From assembly GCA_046597055.1 (NCBI GenBank), contig JBKJLC010000273.1, positions 1 to 28,080 on the forward strand: a DNA stretch of 28,080 nucleotides. Direction: 5' to 3'. The notes beneath the pieces are model-generated. The model saw only the letters and a list, made by a program, of their open reading frames with translations. It searched no databases and was not told where the DNA came from. The position numbers were made by a program, and so were the translations under genes. Shown here piece after piece: positions 22,887-28,080 of this stretch (positions are counted from its first letter, which is position 1; every line of letters starts with the position of its first letter). This stretch comes from Kofleriaceae bacterium. GTDB lineage: Bacteria; Myxococcota_A; Polyangia; Haliangiales; Haliangiaceae.

Positions 22887-22923
22887 ATCGCGTCGACGAG
22901 GAATCGTCGGCGCGATTTTTTTT
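22887..22923 (+). terminator. Intrinsic terminator
   Basis: 13-bp stem atcgcgtcgacga/tcgtcggcgcgat, GGAA tetraloop, T8 tract. Confidence 0.85.
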
Positions 22924-23094
22924 GCCCGTGGGGTGCGGCGGCATCCGGTACGCCCTGAGCGCAGCGGGCGGAGCGTTGGAGTCGAAGGCAGCCGTTCAGG
23001 GATCTGGCATTTTGCGGGCTTCTCGGGCGGAGGCTTGTTGCGGGCCCGCAGCCCTTCGGGCTCGCGGCCTGCTTGGCGGGAAGGGCGTTGGGCC

Positions 23095-23136
23095 GAGCGG
23101 GAGCGGGAGCGGGAGCGGGAGCGGGGAGCGGGAGGG
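23095..23136. repeat. (GAGCGG)n hexamer tandem repeat
   Basis: Five perfect units (23095-23124) plus a sixth after one extra G. Confidence 0.9.
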
Positions 23137-23158
23137 AGTCACCCACAGAACCGGGCCC

Positions 23159-23230
23159 GCCGCTGCGGTTGCCGCTGCGGTTGCTGCTGCGGCTGCTGCT
23201 GCCGCTGCGGTTGCCGCGGCGGCTGCTGTT
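23159..23230. repeat. Degenerate 12-bp tandem repeat (GCCGCTGCGGTT)
   Basis: Three perfect copies, two variant copies and two half units. Confidence 0.85.
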
Positions 23231-23301
23231 GGGCTCAAACTCTGATCCGATCTGCGCGAAGCGCCCGGCGCCGCGCTCAGGACCAGCGGGAGCGGACGGG
23301 T

Positions 23302-24396
23302 TCAGTGGCCGTCGGGGACGAGGTGGGCGCGCAGGCCGACCAGGCCAGTGACGAGCCACACAACGGCGGGGGCGGTGACCAGGACCAGGCGGGCTCGGCC
23401 GGCGAACAGGGCGCTGGTGAACTGGTCCCACGGGATCCAGGTGCCGTGGACGTGGACGGTGGGGGCGCCGCGCCAGCCCATGATGTTGAGCGTGCAGAAG
23501 ATCATGGTGAGGGGAACGAAGAAGATGATCGCCCAGCCGATGGGACGCACGGCCAGGCCCAGCGAGTCCCACGCGCCGCGCTGGGTCGGCAGGCACAGGG
23601 CGGCGGCCGCGACGGTCAGCGGGATCGCGAGCAGGTTCCACAGCGAGAGGAACCGCACCATGATGTCGTGGTCGAAGCCAGCGAGCGAGGCGCCGAGCAG
23701 GCTCTTGTCGATCAGCGACGAGTTGCGCATGAACAGCGCGTACTCGCCGGGCAGGGCGGTGCGGCCGTCGGTGATCGGGATCGACATGCCGACGATGACG
23801 AGGACCGCGCCGGCGACCGCGAACCACCGGGCGTTGGCATCCTTGGGGCGCAGCACGCGGACCGCGATGCCGGCCCCCGCCACCGCCAGGCCGAGCCACA
23901 TCAGATAGGGCGCGCGCTCGGGCATCGCACAGCTGGCGCCGAACGGCGCGACGCCAAGGGCGAGCGTGGCAGCGCCACCGGCCGCCAGCACGCCAGCGAC
24001 CACCACCGGCGGGATGCCGCGGGCGAGCGGCGTCGCCAGCGCGATGCCGAGCACCGCGCACCCGAACGGGACCAGGAGCGCGAGGGTGGGGCCGGTGCCG
24101 AGCACGGTCCACACCGCCGTCACCCGCTGGAAGTCGAGGTTGACCGGGATCAGCGCGGCGACCGCGAACACCAGGCCGCCGAGCAGCGCGACCCGGCGCA
24201 GATCGCCGCCGTAGACCAGGCCGATCCAGCGGATCGTGAGGAATCGATCGCCGGTGAGGTTGGGCTCATCGTCGTCACCCGGCAGCCTGGGCCGGACCAG
24301 CTGCGCGGCGATCTCGGGATCTTCGAAGTCCGCTCCGCACGACCGACAGCGCCGGGCGTCGACCGCGTTGTCGCGGTCGCAGATCGGACACTCCAC
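23302..24396 (-). CDS. Zinc-ribbon-domain polytopic membrane protein
   Basis: N-terminal CPIC...CRSC, then about 8 hydrophobic segments. Confidence 0.82.
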   Translation of the reverse strand: MECPICDRDNAVDARRCRSCGADFEDPEIAAQLVRPRLPGDDDEPNLTGDRFLTIRWIGLVYGGDLRRVALLGGLVFAVAALIPVNLDFQRVTAVWTVLGTGPTLALLVPFGCAVLGIALATPLARGIPPVVVAGVLAAGGAATLALGVAPFGASCAMPERAPYLMWLGLAVAGAGIAVRVLRPKDANARWFAVAGAVLVIVGMSIPITDGRTALPGEYALFMRNSSLIDKSLLGASLAGFDHDIMVRFLSLWNLLAIPLTVAAAALCLPTQRGAWDSLGLAVRPIGWAIIFFVPLTMIFCTLNIMGWRGAPTVHVHGTWIPWDQFTSALFAGRARLVLVTAPAVVWLVTGLVGLRAHLVPDGH

Positions 24397-24399
24397 GGC

Positions 24400-24882
24400 T
24401 CAGCGCTCGGTGACCGGCGCGCCGCCCGGGTCGCTGCCCGCGGCCAGGTCGGGCGCGGCCCCCGCCTCCTCGGCATCCGGATCGGGGGCGTGGGCGACGT
24501 AGAACTCCGAGATCAGCTTGTCGTCGAGCTCGTCGGCGAACCGGCCGACACCGGTGACCAGCACCGCGAGCTCGTGGGCGTCCATGCCCTTGCGCGAGCG
24601 GCCGGCGTGCAGGACGACCCAGCCGTCGGGCTGGATCGCGAACGAGGCCATGCCGCCCATGGTCGCGTTGTGCGCGAGCAGGCGCCGGTAGAACTCCTCG
24701 GTGCGGTCGGCCGGCGGCTGCCGGAACAGCGGCGCGATCGCGACGATCGCCTGGCCGGTGACGCCGACCATCACGATCGCCGAGCCCCAGCGCATACGGA
24801 AGAGCCCGTTCTCCATCGGCTCGGCCTTGTCGCGAAGGCCAGCCTCGGTGAGCAGCTCGTCGAGACCACGGAAGTCCGCCAT
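24400..24882 (-). CDS. YbjN / type III secretion chaperone-like domain protein
   Basis: Small acidic protein with FYRRLLAHN...FAI...LDDKLISEF pattern. ATG 24882 is preceded by TATACT. Confidence 0.72.
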   Translation of the reverse strand: MADFRGLDELLTEAGLRDKAEPMENGLFRMRWGSAIVMVGVTGQAIVAIAPLFRQPPADRTEEFYRRLLAHNATMGGMASFAIQPDGWVVLHAGRSRKGMDAHELAVLVTGVGRFADELDDKLISEFYVAHAPDPDAEEAGAAPDLAAGSDPGGAPVTER

Positions 24883-25087
24883 GGCGGGCAGTATAGACAC
24901 GGCCCGCGGCCGTGGTTCGACGGCGCCGTGGCATTCGACGTCGGCCCGCGCGCCGGCCCGGTGGCAGCGGCCGCGCCCCGCTTCGAACCTGCGATGCCGG
25001 TGGCACGCCGAGCGTGGCAACCAGCGGCAGCCGGCACGAGTGGGGTCTCGACGTGCGCGACCCGGGACGCTACGGTGGGGACCCTTG

Positions 25088-26411
<1,324 letters not shown>

Positions 26412-26431
<20 letters not shown>

Positions 26432-27407
26432 CCGCATCATCCTGGTCGTCGCGCTCGCGGCGGCGACCACGCCGGCGTTCGCCGATGACACCGCCGAGAC
26501 CCTGTTCACCGAGGCGCGCGGGCTCCTGCGCGACGGCAAGACCGCCGAGGCCTGCGAGCGGTTCGCCGGCAGCCTCGCGAAGTTCGAGGAGCGGGGCGTC
26601 GCCAAGTCGACCGCGGCGGCGATGCTCAACCTCGCCGATTGCCGCGAGCAGAACCAGCAGCTCGCGACCGCCTGGGCGTGGTTCCTGAAGACCGCGACCA
26701 TGGCGCAGAACCACGGCCTGCGCCCGGTCGCCACCGAGGCCCGCAAGCGCGCCGGCCTGGTCCAGCCCCGCATCTCGTACCTGACGATCGCCGTCGCCGA
26801 CAGCAACCGGGTCGAGGGCCTGGTGATCACGCGCGACGGCCAGCCGATCGAGCCCGCGATGTGGAACCAGGGCGTGCCCATCGATGGCGGCAGCTACGTG
26901 GTCACCGCGGTCGCGCCCGGCAACACCGAGTGGAGCGCGAAGGCCGAGGTGCCGATCGAGCGCGGCGCGGTCACGATCGAGATCCCGCGGCTCAAGCGGC
27001 TCGACGACTACGTCGCGGTCATCAGCCCCACGCCGCCCGAGCCGGCGCGCGAGGAGGTTGGCGGGTCGACCGGCGGCCGGTGGACGCCGCTGCACTGGGG
27101 CGGGGTGGGCGCGGCCGGCGTCGGCGTGGTCGCCCTCGGCGCCGGCGTGTACTTCGGGCTGCAGGCGCGCGCGATCGACGACGAGGCCGCCGGCTGGGAC
27201 ACCTTCGATCCCGACCGGTACGCCGACGGCGCGGCCGCCGAGCGCCGCTCGATCATCGCGCTGAGCGTGGGCGCGGGCTGCGTCGTCGCGGGCGGCGCGC
27301 TGTTCTACCTGGGCCAGCGCGCCGGTCGGCGTGCGCCCGAGCGGGTGTCGGTCACGCCGCTGATGACACCAGGTGCGCTCGGGCTGGCCGCGACGGGGAG
27401 CTTCTGA
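26412..27407 (+). CDS. Exported TPR + PEGA-like protein with C-terminal membrane segments
   Basis: GGAGG RBS; signal peptide (PAFA-DD); AETLFTEAR...ACERFAGS, LNLADCREQ; beta domain ITRDG...PIDGGSYVV; two Gly-rich hydrophobic helices; ends LGLAATGSF. Confidence 0.85.
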
Positions 27408-28080
27408 TGTCGACGACGGTTCGCGTGTTCGTGCTCGCGGTGTACTCGGCGCTGCTGGTCGGCTGCTTCGATCCCGCGTTCAAGGGCGACCTCGCCTGCG
27501 GGCCCGGCGCCAGCTGTCCGCCCGGGCTGGCGTGCGCCAACGACGGGATCTGTCGGTCGAGCGTCCCGATCGACGCCCCGGAGGTCGTGGTCCCGCCTGA
27601 TGCCGCGCCGGTCGGCTGCACCGGCGACGCGGACTGCCAGACCGCGCCGAGCGCGTGCCTGCGGCCCGGGGTCTGCGACCTCGCCCAGGGCGTGTGCAAC
27701 TTCCCCACGGTCGACTGCTCGGCCATGACCGACGAGTGCAGCGTGGGTAGCTGTGACCCCGCCACCGGCGCCTGCGTCGCGACGCCGATCAACGAGGACA
27801 GCCTGTGCGGCGCCGGGGTCGACTGCGGCGCGTTCGGGGCCTGCGGCAACTTCACGGGCGGCACCTGCGACTCCACCGGCGAGCGCTCGCGGACCTGCAC
27901 CCGCAACGCCTGTCAGGCCGGTGCCTGCGTCGGCACCTCCATGATGGAGACCGACCCGACCTGCACGCGGGTCACGGCCGACACCGCGTGTGGCCCCGGC
28001 GCGTCGTGCGGCGCGTACAGCGACTGCGGTGGCTTCAGCGCCGACTGCGACACCACCGGCACCCAGTCGCGCACCTGCAC
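27407..28080 (+). CDS. Cysteine-rich lipoprotein (3' partial, absent from the ORF track)
   Basis: TGATG overlap; translates MSTTVRVFVLAVYSALLVG-CFDPAFKGDLACGPGASCPPGLAC... with no stop before the edge; repeated CD[S/T]TGxxSRTC. Confidence 0.85.
   Translation, partial: MSTTVRVFVLAVYSALLVGCFDPAFKGDLACGPGASCPPGLACANDGICRSSVPIDAPEVVVPPDAAPVGCTGDADCQTAPSACLRPGVCDLAQGVCNFPTVDCSAMTDECSVGSCDPATGACVATPINEDSLCGAGVDCGAFGACGNFTGGTCDSTGERSRTCTRNACQAGACVGTSMMETDPTCTRVTADTACGPGASCGAYSDCGGFSADCDTTGTQSRTC

Noticed and set aside
20188..22944. 918-aa minus-strand ORF (and similar long antisense ORFs such as 8448-10601 and 22933-25767)
   Set aside because: Stop-free shadows of real genes caused by high-GC codon bias, with no recognisable motifs.
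23157..23230. Metallothionein-like CGCRCGCCCGCCCRCGC translation
   Set aside because: It is one frame of a GCN triplet repeat inside a shadow ORF, with no plausible start or nearby stop.
23095..23230. Possible CRISPR array
   Set aside because: Short tandem units without unique spacers, and no cas genes.

Overview
A very GC-rich bacterial chromosomal segment. Its content (three Hanks-type Ser/Thr kinases, TPR/PEGA proteins, Cys-rich lipoproteins with myxobacterial repeats) suggests Myxococcota, probably Haliangium/Kofleria-like; this is an inference. About 25 genes are densely packed, and I see no rRNA, tRNA, CRISPR or transposase. In order: partial DUF3052-like gene, AmmeMemoRadiSam protein B, metallophosphoesterase, an operon of class-III aminotransferase + two CDP-alcohol phosphotransferases + a small membrane protein converging on a NAPE-PLD/UlaG-like MBL hydrolase, LysE exporter, helical hypothetical protein, antistasin-like lipoprotein + receptor kinase + TPR protein, non-canonical PolX-PHP, CBM9-like and CAP lipoproteins, TPR-kinase-pseudokinase divergent from a PfkB kinase, an 884-aa Cys-repeat lipoprotein with a CxxCH motif, a repeat-rich spacer, a YbjN-like/zinc-ribbon membrane pair, and a translationally coupled kinase-TPR-Cys-rich lipoprotein module running off the edge. 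Best candidates for undescribed biology: (i) the aminotransferase/CDP-alcohol phosphotransferase lipid locus, (ii) the twice-occurring kinase/TPR/Cys-lipoprotein trans-envelope module, (iii) the CxxCH lipoprotein with a structured upstream region, (iv) apparently widespread leaderless and bidirectional promoters. All family calls come from motif recognition by eye; no database searches were run.
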